A stretch of DNA of 14,603 nucleotides. Source: a bacterium (lineage in GTDB: Bacteria; SZUA-182; DTGQ01). Of this stretch, positions 6,192 to 14,393 are shown one piece after another. Location: assembly GCA_040752695.1 (NCBI GenBank), contig JBFMGO010000134.1:1-14603 (forward strand), written 5' to 3'. The notes under the pieces were generated by a model. That model searched no databases. It saw only the letters and a program-made list of their open reading frames with translations, and was not told the DNA's origin. Each line of letters begins with the position of its first letter. The stretch's first letter is position 1. A program made the translations under genes and the position numbers.

Positions 6192-7448
6192 ATGCCCATG
6201 ACCATAGCCGAAAAAATTTTAAGTGAGAAAAGCGGCTGTGAGGCCAGGAGCGGTCAGATTGTCATCTGCAATGTTTCCTGGGCTATTGCTCAGGATGGGA
6301 CGGGGCCTTTGGCCATTCGCCGATTGCAGGATGCGAAACTCAATAAGGTATTTGATCCGGAAAGGGTTATCTTCTTTATTGATCACGCTGCTCCAAGCCC
6401 CAGAAAAGAATTATCCAATGCTCACCTTCAGATCCGGTCTTTTGCTCAGGAAACCGGAGCCATGGTTTCCGATATGCAGGAAGGGGTTTGCCATCAGAGG
6501 ATGGTGGAGGATTTTATCAGTCCGGGAGATTTGCTGATCGGAGCCGATTCACATACCTGTACTTCCGGGGCATTGGGAGCTTTTGCCACCGGTATGGGCT
6601 CTACAGATGTTGCCATTGGCATGGCTCTTGGCAAAGTCTGGCTTCGGGTTCCATCGACTATCAAGATTGAAGTCAAGGGAGCGTTCCAGCCCGGGGTGTA
6701 TGCCAAAGATTTAATTCTGGATGTGATCGGACAATTAACCGCAGACGGCGCTACCTACAAGGCCCTGGAATTTTGCGGGCCAACCATTTCGGCCATGAGC
6801 ATGTCGGATCGATTCACGCTCTGCAACATGGCCGTAGAGGCCGGAGCCAAGACCGGTTTGATAGCCACTGACGAGATCACTCGCCAGTATCTTGTGGAAA
6901 AGGGCAGAGGAGAACTTTTCCGCGAAATCGCTGCTGATCCTGATGCCGAATATGAGCAGGTTTTGACGATTCAGGCAGAGGATCTTGAGCCTATGGTTGC
7001 GCTGCCGCATACCGTGGATAATGTCAAGACCGCCCGGCAGGCGGCAGGGATTAAAATTCATCAGGTCTTTATCGGTACCTGTACCAATGGACGGCTGGAT
7101 GACCTTGCCATTGCTGCCAGTATCCTTGACGGCAAACGGATCGCTCCTGGAGTGCGGCTCATTGTAACCCCAGCCTCTAAAACGGTTTATCTGGAAGCCC
7201 TGAAAAGCGGCATCATTGAAAAGCTTATCAAGGCCGGCGCTGCGGTAACCAGTACCGGCTGCGGCCCGTGTGTTGGTATTCATCAGGGGATTCTCGGCGA
7301 CGGTGAGGCATGCCTCAGCACTCAAAACCGGAATTTCCTGGGAAGGATGGGAAATCCTGAAGGCCTTATCTACCTTTCTTCACCGGCCACTGCCGCTTAT
7401 TCAGCCTTGAAGGGGGAAATCGCTGATCCGAGGGATGTTATCAAATAG
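6192..7448 (+). CDS. leuC: 3-isopropylmalate dehydratase large subunit (short archaeal-type LeuC/HacA aconitase family)
   Basis: MTIAEKIL start, GADSHTCT.GALGAFATGMGSTD, FIGTCTNGRLDDL, GCGPCVG (three Fe-S cysteines) and STQNRNFLGRMG. About 418 aa. ATG at 6192 (or 6198) preferred over the TTG at 6171. Confidence 0.9.
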   Translation: MPMTIAEKILSEKSGCEARSGQIVICNVSWAIAQDGTGPLAIRRLQDAKLNKVFDPERVIFFIDHAAPSPRKELSNAHLQIRSFAQETGAMVSDMQEGVCHQRMVEDFISPGDLLIGADSHTCTSGALGAFATGMGSTDVAIGMALGKVWLRVPSTIKIEVKGAFQPGVYAKDLILDVIGQLTADGATYKALEFCGPTISAMSMSDRFTLCNMAVEAGAKTGLIATDEITRQYLVEKGRGELFREIAADPDAEYEQVLTIQAEDLEPMVALPHTVDNVKTARQAAGIKIHQVFIGTCTNGRLDDLAIAASILDGKRIAPGVRLIVTPASKTVYLEALKSGIIEKLIKAGAAVTSTGCGPCVGIHQGILGDGEACLSTQNRNFLGRMGNPEGLIYLSSPATAAYSALKGEIADPRDVIK

Positions 7449-7457
7449 GTCGCGGGA

Positions 7458-7594
7458 AAGAGGCTGCTGGATAAGCTGCCAAAAACTGTGCAGAAGAGCT
7501 GCTCAAATAAAAGTTGCTCGATAAAACAAGCTGTTCAAAAAAACAGGCTGTAAAAAAACAAGCTGCTCGATAAGACAGGCTGCTCAATAATAAA
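7458..7594. repeat. Degenerate tandem repeat (~15-17-bp unit, consensus near AGCTGCTCRATAAAACA) in the leuC-leuD spacer
   Basis: Units include GGCTGCTGGATA, AGCTGCCAAAAA, AGCTGCTCAAATAAA, AGTTGCTCGATAAAACA, AGCTGTTCAAAAAAACA, GGCTGTAAAAAAACA, AGCTGCTCGATAAGACA and GGCTGCTCAATAATAAA. Confidence 0.75.
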
Positions 7595-7623
7595 AGTAAC
7601 TTTATCTATATAAGGATGACCTT

Positions 7624-8121
7624 ATGATCCTAGAAGGACACGCCAAAAAATTCGGAGATAATATCAGTACAGATCTGATCGCTCCTGGCAGGCTCTTTCA
7701 TCTTCGAAATAACCTGCCGGAGCTGGCCAAACACGTTCTGGAGGATGCGGAGCCGAATTTCTATGAAAAAATCCAAAAAGGGGACTTTATCGTAGCAGGA
7801 CGGAATTTCGGTTTGGGATCAAGCCGCGAGCATGCTCCTGCTATTATAAAAATCGCCGGGATAGGTGCGGTTTTGGTCCAGTCTGTGGCCCGCATCTTCT
7901 TTCGCAACGCCATTAACGTCGGGCTCCCTGTCTTTGAGTGTGACACCAGCCAGATTGAGGCGGAAGACCATCTTAAGGTTGATGTGTTAAAAGGAACCGT
8001 GGAAAACCTTACCAAGGGAACATCCATGCCTTTCCATGCACTCCCTCAGATCATGGTGGATATCCTGAATGACGGTGGACTGATGGACCATATTCAAAAA
8101 CATGGGGGATTCAACCTATAA
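7624..8121 (+). CDS. leuD: 3-isopropylmalate dehydratase small subunit
   Basis: FGDNISTDLIAPG, GRNFGLGSSREHA, ARIFFRNAINVGLP; directly downstream of leuC; AAGGA RBS. Confidence 0.92.
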   Translation: MILEGHAKKFGDNISTDLIAPGRLFHLRNNLPELAKHVLEDAEPNFYEKIQKGDFIVAGRNFGLGSSREHAPAIIKIAGIGAVLVQSVARIFFRNAINVGLPVFECDTSQIEAEDHLKVDVLKGTVENLTKGTSMPFHALPQIMVDILNDGGLMDHIQKHGGFNL

Positions 8122-8144
8122 CCTCAAAAGGAGGGCAAGGAGGC

Positions 8145-8618
8145 GTGGCAAAGGTAGACCTTTTGATCGCCACCGGGTTTGGCCTTGGGTATTCTCCTGT
8201 CGTTTCCGGTACCGTTGGCAGTCTGGGAGGGATAGTGCTGTTCTGGTTTCTCCACATGCTCCCGTGGCCTCTGTACCTGGTAACGGTAGCTGCCCTGTTC
8301 GTTCTCGGCATCTGGGCGGCTGACCGGGCCGAAAATTTATTTCAGGAAAAGGATAGCGGCTTCATCGTTATAGACGAAATCGCAGGATTCCTGATCACCG
8401 CCTTTCTCATTCCCTGGAATTGGGGGTGGATGATCGCCGCCTTTCTCCTTTTTCGAGTTTTTGACATTCTCAAACCCTTTCCCTGGCGCAGGGCAGAAAA
8501 ACTGCCTGGGGGCTTGGGGATCATGCTGGATGATGCAGGCGCAGGGATCTATGCCAACCTGCTCCTCCATGCAGTTCGGATATGGCTGTGGCCAAAAGTT
8601 TGTTTCCTCAAATTTTAA
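8145..8618 (+). CDS. pgpA: Phosphatidylglycerophosphatase A
   Basis: ATGFGLGYSP..SGTVGSL, KDSGFIVIDEIAG, FLLFRVFDILKPFP, GGLGIMLDD..AG; GTG start with AGGAGG RBS. Confidence 0.95.
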   Translation: MAKVDLLIATGFGLGYSPVVSGTVGSLGGIVLFWFLHMLPWPLYLVTVAALFVLGIWAADRAENLFQEKDSGFIVIDEIAGFLITAFLIPWNWGWMIAAFLLFRVFDILKPFPWRRAEKLPGGLGIMLDDAGAGIYANLLLHAVRIWLWPKVCFLKF

Positions 8619-9382
8619 CCCTTTCCGGCTCTTTGCCGGTGGTATTTTTCCTCCTGGGATCATGCATCGGAAGCTTTTTGAATGTCTGCATCTTTCGCAT
8701 CCCCAAGGAAGAGTCGATTGTCTTTCCCGCCTCCCACTGTCCAAACTGCAATAACAAGCTGAAAGCCTATGACAATATCCCCATCCTGAGCTTTCTCTTT
8801 TTACGCGGAAAATGCCGCTTTTGCCGGATCCCGATATCCTGGCAATACCCTGTTGTGGAACTGGCAACCGGAATTCTGTTTGCCCTGGCAGTTGTCCGCT
8901 TCGGCTTAGAGTGGAATACGCTCATCGCTTTCATCCTGATCCCGGTCAGCCTGGTGGTTTCCGTTATTGACCTTAGGGTTCAGATTATTCCCAATGTCAT
9001 CTCTTTACCTGGAATCATTTTGGGGCTTGCAGTCAGCCTTTTGCCGGGTTCTCCGGTACACTTTCTCGATGCTCTTTCCGGCGTGCTGCTCGGAGGGGGG
9101 GTGTTTTACCTGGTCGCCGTGGTGAGTAAAGGGGGCATGGGTGGCGGAGATATCAAACTTATAGCCATGTTCGGTGCTTTTCTCGGCTGGCAAAAGTGCC
9201 TGCTCACCATGTTCATCGGCGTTTTACTCGGATCAGCGGTAGGCATCGTTCTTCTTTTGCTGAAACTGAAAGGCAGAAAGGACCCTATCCCTTTTGGTCC
9301 CTTCTTATGCATAGGCGCTCTAGTCAGTCTCTTCTACGGCCAGACAATTATCTCCTGGTATCTGCACCTTGGCGGCAGGTAA
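8582..9382 (+). CDS. pilD: Prepilin peptidase / N-methyltransferase (peptidase A24A)
   Basis: GSFLNVCIFRIP, SHCPNC...DNIPILS....RGKCRFC Zn motif, catalytic IDL...IIP and GMGGGDIKL, IPFGPFL. The start is uncertain; the longest ORF overlaps pgpA by 37 bp. Confidence 0.95.
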   Translation: MAVAKSLFPQILTLSGSLPVVFFLLGSCIGSFLNVCIFRIPKEESIVFPASHCPNCNNKLKAYDNIPILSFLFLRGKCRFCRIPISWQYPVVELATGILFALAVVRFGLEWNTLIAFILIPVSLVVSVIDLRVQIIPNVISLPGIILGLAVSLLPGSPVHFLDALSGVLLGGGVFYLVAVVSKGGMGGGDIKLIAMFGAFLGWQKCLLTMFIGVLLGSAVGIVLLLLKLKGRKDPIPFGPFLCIGALVSLFYGQTIISWYLHLGGR

Positions 9383-9558
9383 TCCTGGCACATATCATTA
9401 CCACTAAGCCAAGCATGCCAAACTTGCCATCAGACTCCCCTGTAAGCTGAAGTATTGCATCATCAGCCAATACGGCACGCTATCAATCGACCATCAAACT
9501 TTTCGTTTGTATATAAAAATACGCAGGAATCCACGAGAAAGATATGGATAAAGGAATC

Positions 9559-9593
9559 TTGACAACTTCCCGCCTGATTTACTATATTATAAT
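9559..9593 (+). promoter_or_regulatory. Candidate sigma70 promoter for the VPLPA/PEP-CTERM gene
   Basis: TTGACA (9559-9564), 18 bp, TATATT (9583-9588), overlapping TATAAT (9588-9593). Followed by the palindrome ATAAGTT-AG-AACTTAT (9592-9607). Confidence 0.5.
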
Positions 9594-9817
9594 AAGTTAG
9601 AACTTATCTACTGGATACATTTTATAATCTTGCCTCAAAGGAGTGATAAGATAGTTACAGAGATAGGTAATTCTTGAATCAGTAGATAATTGAGAAGGCG
9701 TAAGTCAAGATGAAAAAGTCTCAAGCCCCAACGGTTAGTTCGATTAAGGTATGCAATTTTTTGGATAGAGCCTGCTTGAAATCTCCTCCACCAATATTCT
9801 TAAAAAAGGAAACAAAA

Positions 9818-10315
9818 ATGAAAAAATACTTGTTGACCGGTTTAATCTTATCTTTTATTTTTCATGCTGGAATATTAGAAGCCACAATGATAAGCAATTT
9901 TGCAGTATCTTCGGAAACGTATTCGGTATATTCTGATGTTGAAAGTATAATAGATGATATTTTTGGCGAAAGTTATCGTTTAGCTGATTGGAATGATATT
10001 GTAGCTTACTATCAAGAGGGTAATGATATGGATCTGTTTACAAATATTATTCCTGGACGAACAATGGTTTCTTACAATGGAAATAGATTTTATAGTCCTA
10101 ATAGGCACTAGTTTATAAATATCTCAAACCATGATACTCCTCCTGGATTTTTAGTGCATTCACATATTGATAACCACTTAATCGATCTAGGTTCTTGGTG
10201 GAATGATAGATACATTTTAGGCTATACAAATAATCCAGTTCCGATACCATCTGGAATATGGCTTTTAGCTTCTGGTTTTTTTACAATTTTGGGACTTAAA
10301 AAATTTATATCTTAA
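9818..10315 (+). pseudogene. VPLPA-CTERM/PEP-CTERM exosortase-sorted surface protein interrupted by one in-frame TAG (10109-10111)
   Basis: AAGGA RBS and signal peptide MKKYLLTGLILSFIFHAGILEA. The frame continues past the TAG as FINISNHDTPPGFLVHSHIDNHLIDLGSWWNDRYILGYTNNP-VPIPSGIWLLASGFFTILGL-KKFIS*, i.e. VPxP motif, TM helix and basic tail. Confidence 0.85.
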
Positions 10316-10353
10316 GTAAGAAGAAGCGCAAGGATACATAAGCATGGCCATTT

Positions 10354-11508
10354 CTACACGATAAGCATGGCATCGCCATAGCTGTAAAACCGGTATTTGC
10401 AGGCCACGGCCTGCTGATAAGCCTCAAGGACGAAACCGCGGCCTCCGAAGGCGGATACCAGCATCAAAAGCGTGGATTGGGGCAGATGGAAATTCGTAAT
10501 CAACCCGTCCACCATACAAAAGGAAAATCCGGGATAGATGAATAGATCGGTCCATCCCTGCCTTGCTCCTTGTCTGGCTGGATCAGGGTTTTGCCCCAGG
10601 GATTCCAGAACTCTGGTGGAGGTGGTGCCGCAGGCGATGACGTGTCCGCCTGTGCTTTTTGTTTCCGCGATCAGGCACAGAGTTTCTTCCGGGATCTCAT
10701 AATATTCCGCCTCCATCCGGTGCTCTTGAATGACTTCGGCCCTGACCGGCTGAAAAGTCCCAAGACCCACGTGCAGCGTCACAAAGGCGATCTTAACCCC
10801 CTGACTCCTGAGCCTGTTTAAAACCGAATCCGTAAAGTGCAGCCCTGCCGTTGGAGCTGCCACAGCACCTTTTTGTCTGGCAAAAACCGTCTGGTAGCGG
10901 TCCTGGTCCTCAATGGTCGGTGATTGAAAATGGCTGATGTAAGGGGGCAGCGGCACCTGGCCATACGCTTCCAGTACCTGCTCTACCGATACCTGCTCTA
11001 CCGAAACAGGCAGGCCCTTAGCCTCTTTACCCTTTTTATCCACTTTATCCCCTGTGTTATCCCCTTTGTTATTCACCGTACTGGAAAACATGACCGTACA
11101 CCGGCCCCTGTCCTTTTTCCCGGTGACCTGCCCGACCATCTGCATGGTCCCTTCCGCGATCAGGAAGGATTCATGTAATTTCACTTTTCCACGGATGAGC
11201 ACTTCCCAGTGGTTTTCCTCGATAGCCCGAAGGAAAAAGACTTCCAGCTTGCCGCCGGTCCTTTTTCGTCCAAAGAGGCGGCAGGGAATGACCCTGGTAT
11301 CATTGAGAACCAGAAGGTCTTTGGGCCTCAGGTATTCGCAGATAGAAGAAAAGGTGCGATGCTCAATCGTTTTCGTCCTGCGGTGAAGCACCATCAGGCG
11401 GGATTCATCCCTTTTCGGCAGAGGATGCTGAGCAATCCTTTCCTGAGGAAGATCATAGGAAAAATCCGAAAGCAGCATGGGGCTGCTTTCAATCTGTACC
11501 TCTTTCAT
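10354..11508 (-). CDS. queA: S-adenosylmethionine:tRNA ribosyltransferase-isomerase
   Basis: SDFSYDLPQERIAQHP, LVLNDTRVIPCRL, GQVPLPPYI, YQTVFA..KGAVAAPTAGLHF, TLHVGLGTFQPV, TNFHLPQSTL, YRFYSYGDAM. The real start is ATG 11508 or 11478; the track's extension to 11769 overlaps queH. Confidence 0.97.
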   Translation of the reverse strand: MKEVQIESSPMLLSDFSYDLPQERIAQHPLPKRDESRLMVLHRRTKTIEHRTFSSICEYLRPKDLLVLNDTRVIPCRLFGRKRTGGKLEVFFLRAIEENHWEVLIRGKVKLHESFLIAEGTMQMVGQVTGKKDRGRCTVMFSSTVNNKGDNTGDKVDKKGKEAKGLPVSVEQVSVEQVLEAYGQVPLPPYISHFQSPTIEDQDRYQTVFARQKGAVAAPTAGLHFTDSVLNRLRSQGVKIAFVTLHVGLGTFQPVRAEVIQEHRMEAEYYEIPEETLCLIAETKSTGGHVIACGTTSTRVLESLGQNPDPARQGARQGWTDLFIYPGFSFCMVDGLITNFHLPQSTLLMLVSAFGGRGFVLEAYQQAVACKYRFYSYGDAMLIV

Positions 11509-12058
11509 TGAGTAGCCTTCTTTCCCTGCGCGGGCGGCAGTAGCGGTCCTTCTCGCTATAAATGCATCCGCAGTACTGCTGCCGGTACAGCCCAAACTCT
11601 TTAGATATGGTGATCCCTTCCTTCCACCCCTCACGGAAGTCCCGGTAATAAAAGGGCACACCGTACTGATTCCCTGCCTCGGCTCCAATCCGGGAAATGG
11701 CATCGTGTTTTTGAAATTTGCTGTAAAGCAGGGTAGAGGTAAAATAATCGAACTTACCCTGCCGTGCAATCTGAGCCGCTGCCTGCAAGCGGATATGATA
11801 GCAGGTCAGGCACCGGGCGCTTTCCCGGTACACGATTCCCCGCAGGAAATCTTCCAGGAGGTATTCATCCCGGTAAATCATGCGGATGCCTTGCAAGGCA
11901 GTCCAATGCTGAACAGTCTCCAGCCTTCTTTGATACTCCTGGTAGGGATGAATGTTGGGATTGAAGAAAAAACCGACTATTTCATGCTCTTCCTGGTGCA
12001 GCACCTTATATGGGTACATAAAACAGGGAGCACAACAAATATGAACCAGGATTTTCAT
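11489..12058 (-). CDS. queH: Epoxyqueuosine reductase QueH (DUF208)
   Basis: ILVHICCAPC, FFFNPNIHP..EY..R, RC..CY..RL, FTSTLLYS, LYRQQYCGCIYS; adjacent to queA. Confidence 0.95.
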   Translation of the reverse strand: MKILVHICCAPCFMYPYKVLHQEEHEIVGFFFNPNIHPYQEYQRRLETVQHWTALQGIRMIYRDEYLLEDFLRGIVYRESARCLTCYHIRLQAAAQIARQGKFDYFTSTLLYSKFQKHDAISRIGAEAGNQYGVPFYYRDFREGWKEGITISKEFGLYRQQYCGCIYSEKDRYCRPRRERRLLNERGTD

Positions 12059-12211
12059 CGAGAGCCTTTTTCCTTATTGTCAATATCCACTCTTGTCCTA
12101 TTATTGTCCACTATGGTTATTTCCTTATTGTGCTCAAGCTCAGCCTGCTATAAGCCTATCGGGCTGCAAACTGTCAAGTTGTTGTAAGCTGTCAAGTTAT
12201 TGTAAACTGTT

Positions 12212-12240
12212 ACGTTAACAGGTTAGCAGGTTCTTGTCAA
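12212..12240 (-). promoter_or_regulatory. Candidate sigma70 promoter for queH-queA
   Basis: Minus strand TTGACA (12240-12235), 17 bp, TAACGT (12217-12212) preceded by TGn. Confidence 0.45.
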
Positions 12241-12417
12241 GTATATGAGCTCTCCTATTTACAGGGGGACTTGGGTGGAGGGAGTATCGTAGCTTTAAAA
12301 GGGGAAAAGGCCATAATTTTATCTTGACTTTGGAAAAAATCTCAGGTTTAAATGAAACTTAATCCATATGGTGGTGAAATATGGTTGAGCAATATGGTGG
12401 TGAAGTAGGGTGGTAAG

Positions 12418-12798
12418 ATGGCAGAAATAAAAATAGACGATATAAAAGATTACCTCTTAAGAAGAGAAAAATCAAGAGCCTTGCTAAAGCAGGGGGAAAG
12501 GGAGCGGATTATTTCCGATCTTAAAGCACTGGCTGTACTTTGGAGAAAGTATAGGCTTGACAGGGTCTATTTATACGGCTCCTTTGCCGATATGACTTTT
12601 CATAAATCTTCGGATATAGACCTGGCGATCGAGCCGGCGATTGGCTTTGAAGACCTGCTAAAGCTTTACTCTGAAATGAACAGGCATTTTAAACAGGAAG
12701 TCGATGTAAGATTGTTGCAGGAATTGCCTTTTTCCGAAAAAGTGAAAAGAGAGGGTGTGGTGGTGTATGAAAGAGAAAATAGCCATTCTGAAAAGTGA
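12418..12798 (+). CDS. mntA: Minimal nucleotidyltransferase (MNT) antitoxin, type VII TA (MntA-like)
   Basis: VYLYGS-FADMTFHKSS-DID is an exact GSX10DXD motif; also EVDVR and C-terminal VKREGVVVYE. Overlaps the downstream HEPN gene. Confidence 0.85.
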   Translation: MAEIKIDDIKDYLLRREKSRALLKQGERERIISDLKALAVLWRKYRLDRVYLYGSFADMTFHKSSDIDLAIEPAIGFEDLLKLYSEMNRHFKQEVDVRLLQELPFSEKVKREGVVVYERENSHSEK

Positions 12799-13240
12799 GA
12801 TGGACAGAGATCATAGGAGATTGAATACCATCTTTGATAAATTCGAGAAATCCTATAGAGAATTCCTCAGCTTGGATGAGTATTCCAAGCTGGTCGAGTC
12901 CGCTTTTTATGTGAATCAAATGTACAGTGCCTTTGAAAATATGTTCAAAAATATTGCCAGGACCTTTGAAAATAATATTGAGCAGGATTACTGGCATAAG
13001 TCTTTACTTGAAAGAATAGGCCTGGATATACAGGGCATAAGACCCGCACTCATTTCAGAAGAAAGCTTCCAGTGTCTCAATGAGTTAAGAGCATTCCGGC
13101 ATTTCTTTCACCATGCTTATGGTGTTGATATAGATAAAGAAAAGTTTCGGATCGTTGCAGAAGAGGCATCCAGAATCAGACGCTTGTTCAGCGAAGAAAT
13201 AAAGCGGTTTTTCCTTTTCTTAGACAAGTTGATGGAATAA
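12767..13240 (+). CDS. hepT: HEPN-domain ribonuclease toxin (HepT-like)
   Basis: FRHFFHHAY is an RX4HXY motif; also YSAFENMFKNIA..F, WHKSLL and IRPALIS. The ATG at 12767 overlaps the MNT gene 3' end. Confidence 0.85.
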   Translation: MKEKIAILKSEMDRDHRRLNTIFDKFEKSYREFLSLDEYSKLVESAFYVNQMYSAFENMFKNIARTFENNIEQDYWHKSLLERIGLDIQGIRPALISEESFQCLNELRAFRHFFHHAYGVDIDKEKFRIVAEEASRIRRLFSEEIKRFFLFLDKLME

Positions 13241-13557
13241 AAAAAGGCAAAGGATGATCCACAACTATCCTTCTTTTCATCCGGGGAATTTGTTTTTCCT
13301 ACTCTCTTTAAACATCGTGATTATCCAACCTTGATAACCTTAAATGAGAGATAGAGAAAAAATTTAGAGAAGTCAAGCCTTGTGGAAATGCCAAGCCTTA
13401 TGAAAATGTCACAGGCGGGAAAATTTTTATAAATTTAGCTGGAAAAACAATTTGAAATCTGTTACCATAGATGAGCTTCTTGATAGATTAAAATGGCGAA
13501 AATGTCAGGTAAGTCAAAAAGATACTATTCAATTTAACTGAAGAAGGATAAGAAAAT

Positions 13558-14019
13558 ATGTATGGTGCCCTTATTGCTATTCATCTGATTGTCTGCATTA
13601 TCATGATCCTGGTAGTCATTTCCCAGTCCAGCAAGGGAAGTGAGATGGGAGCTGTGTTCGGAGGAGGAGCAAGTCAAACTGCTTTTGGGAGCCAAGGTGC
13701 CGCAGGTTTTTTAGAGAAAACAACGGTCGTTTGTGCCGTGGTCTTTATGATAACTTCTCTCTCTCTTGCCGTGTTATCATCGAATAGACAAAAATCCCTG
13801 ATTCAGGATACTCCCCCGCCGCCTATCGAGCAAAGTATTCCTGAGTCTGTACCGGAACAGGTTCCAGTCCAATCTCAGTCGGCAGCGCCTGAGCATGCCG
13901 CTCCGGCTCCATCTCAATCGGGAAATGCCCCGCAGCAGGCAGCTCCAGCGGCAGCCGGAAGTGCTCCGGCAGCACCCGCTGCACCGGCCAGCAGTGCTCC
14001 GGCAAATACCTCTCATTAA
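13558..14019 (+). CDS. secG: Preprotein translocase subunit SecG with a long Pro/Ala/Gln-rich C-terminal tail
   Basis: TM1, VISQSSKGSEMGAVFGGGASQTAFGS.GA..FLEKTT, TM2 ending FMITSLSLA; AAGGA RBS. Confidence 0.95.
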   Translation: MYGALIAIHLIVCIIMILVVISQSSKGSEMGAVFGGGASQTAFGSQGAAGFLEKTTVVCAVVFMITSLSLAVLSSNRQKSLIQDTPPPPIEQSIPESVPEQVPVQSQSAAPEHAAPAPSQSGNAPQQAAPAAAGSAPAAPAAPASSAPANTSH

Positions 14020-14023
14020 GCAG

Positions 14024-14051
14024 GATATCAATATATATATATATATTGATA
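14024..14051. repeat. AT microsatellite-centred perfect palindrome downstream of secG
   Basis: ATATCAATATATATATATATATTGATAT is self-complementary (28 bp). Confidence 0.75.
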
Positions 14052-14393
14052 TATATACCAAGGTATATCATCAAGGCATACTAGGGTATAAATAAGATCT
14101 AAATAAAATATAATATGATATAATAAGTTATAACTAAGATATGGTAAGGGAAATATCAGGGGACACTCAAACTCATCTTGAGGAGATGTCCCCTGTAAGC
14201 GAGTGCTTTCTTTGGCCAACCTCTTGAAAAATGGCAGGAGCACGGGATGAGAATTACCGATAATTGTCGGAATTATTTTGACTTTTGGGATCAACTCATC
14301 TAGAATAGATTCTATGTAAAGAGCCGATAAATACCTAATACAGAGGCTTTCATTTTTTGTTCAAAGCTGGATGAGCATATAAGTCCCTAAAAA

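Noticed and set aside
9710..9817. Upstream start for the PEP-CTERM gene
   Set aside because: The ATG at 9818 has an RBS and begins a proper signal peptide; the extension does not.
9818..10315. Genome-wide stop-codon reassignment to explain the in-frame TAG and TAA
   Set aside because: leuC and queA end at TAG at their expected C-termini and many genes end at TAA, so both act as normal stops.
11509..11769. N-terminal extension of QueA in the ORF track
   Set aside because: It overlaps queH in another frame, and QueA homology begins at MLLSDFSYDLP.
6223..12187. Many short overlapping or antisense ORFs inside leuC, leuD, pgpA, pilD, queA and queH
   Set aside because: They are shadow frames of well-supported genes and have no independent motifs.
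12059..12300. preQ1 riboswitch upstream of queH-queA
   Set aside because: No preQ1-I stem-loop with an A-rich tail is recognisable on the minus strand.
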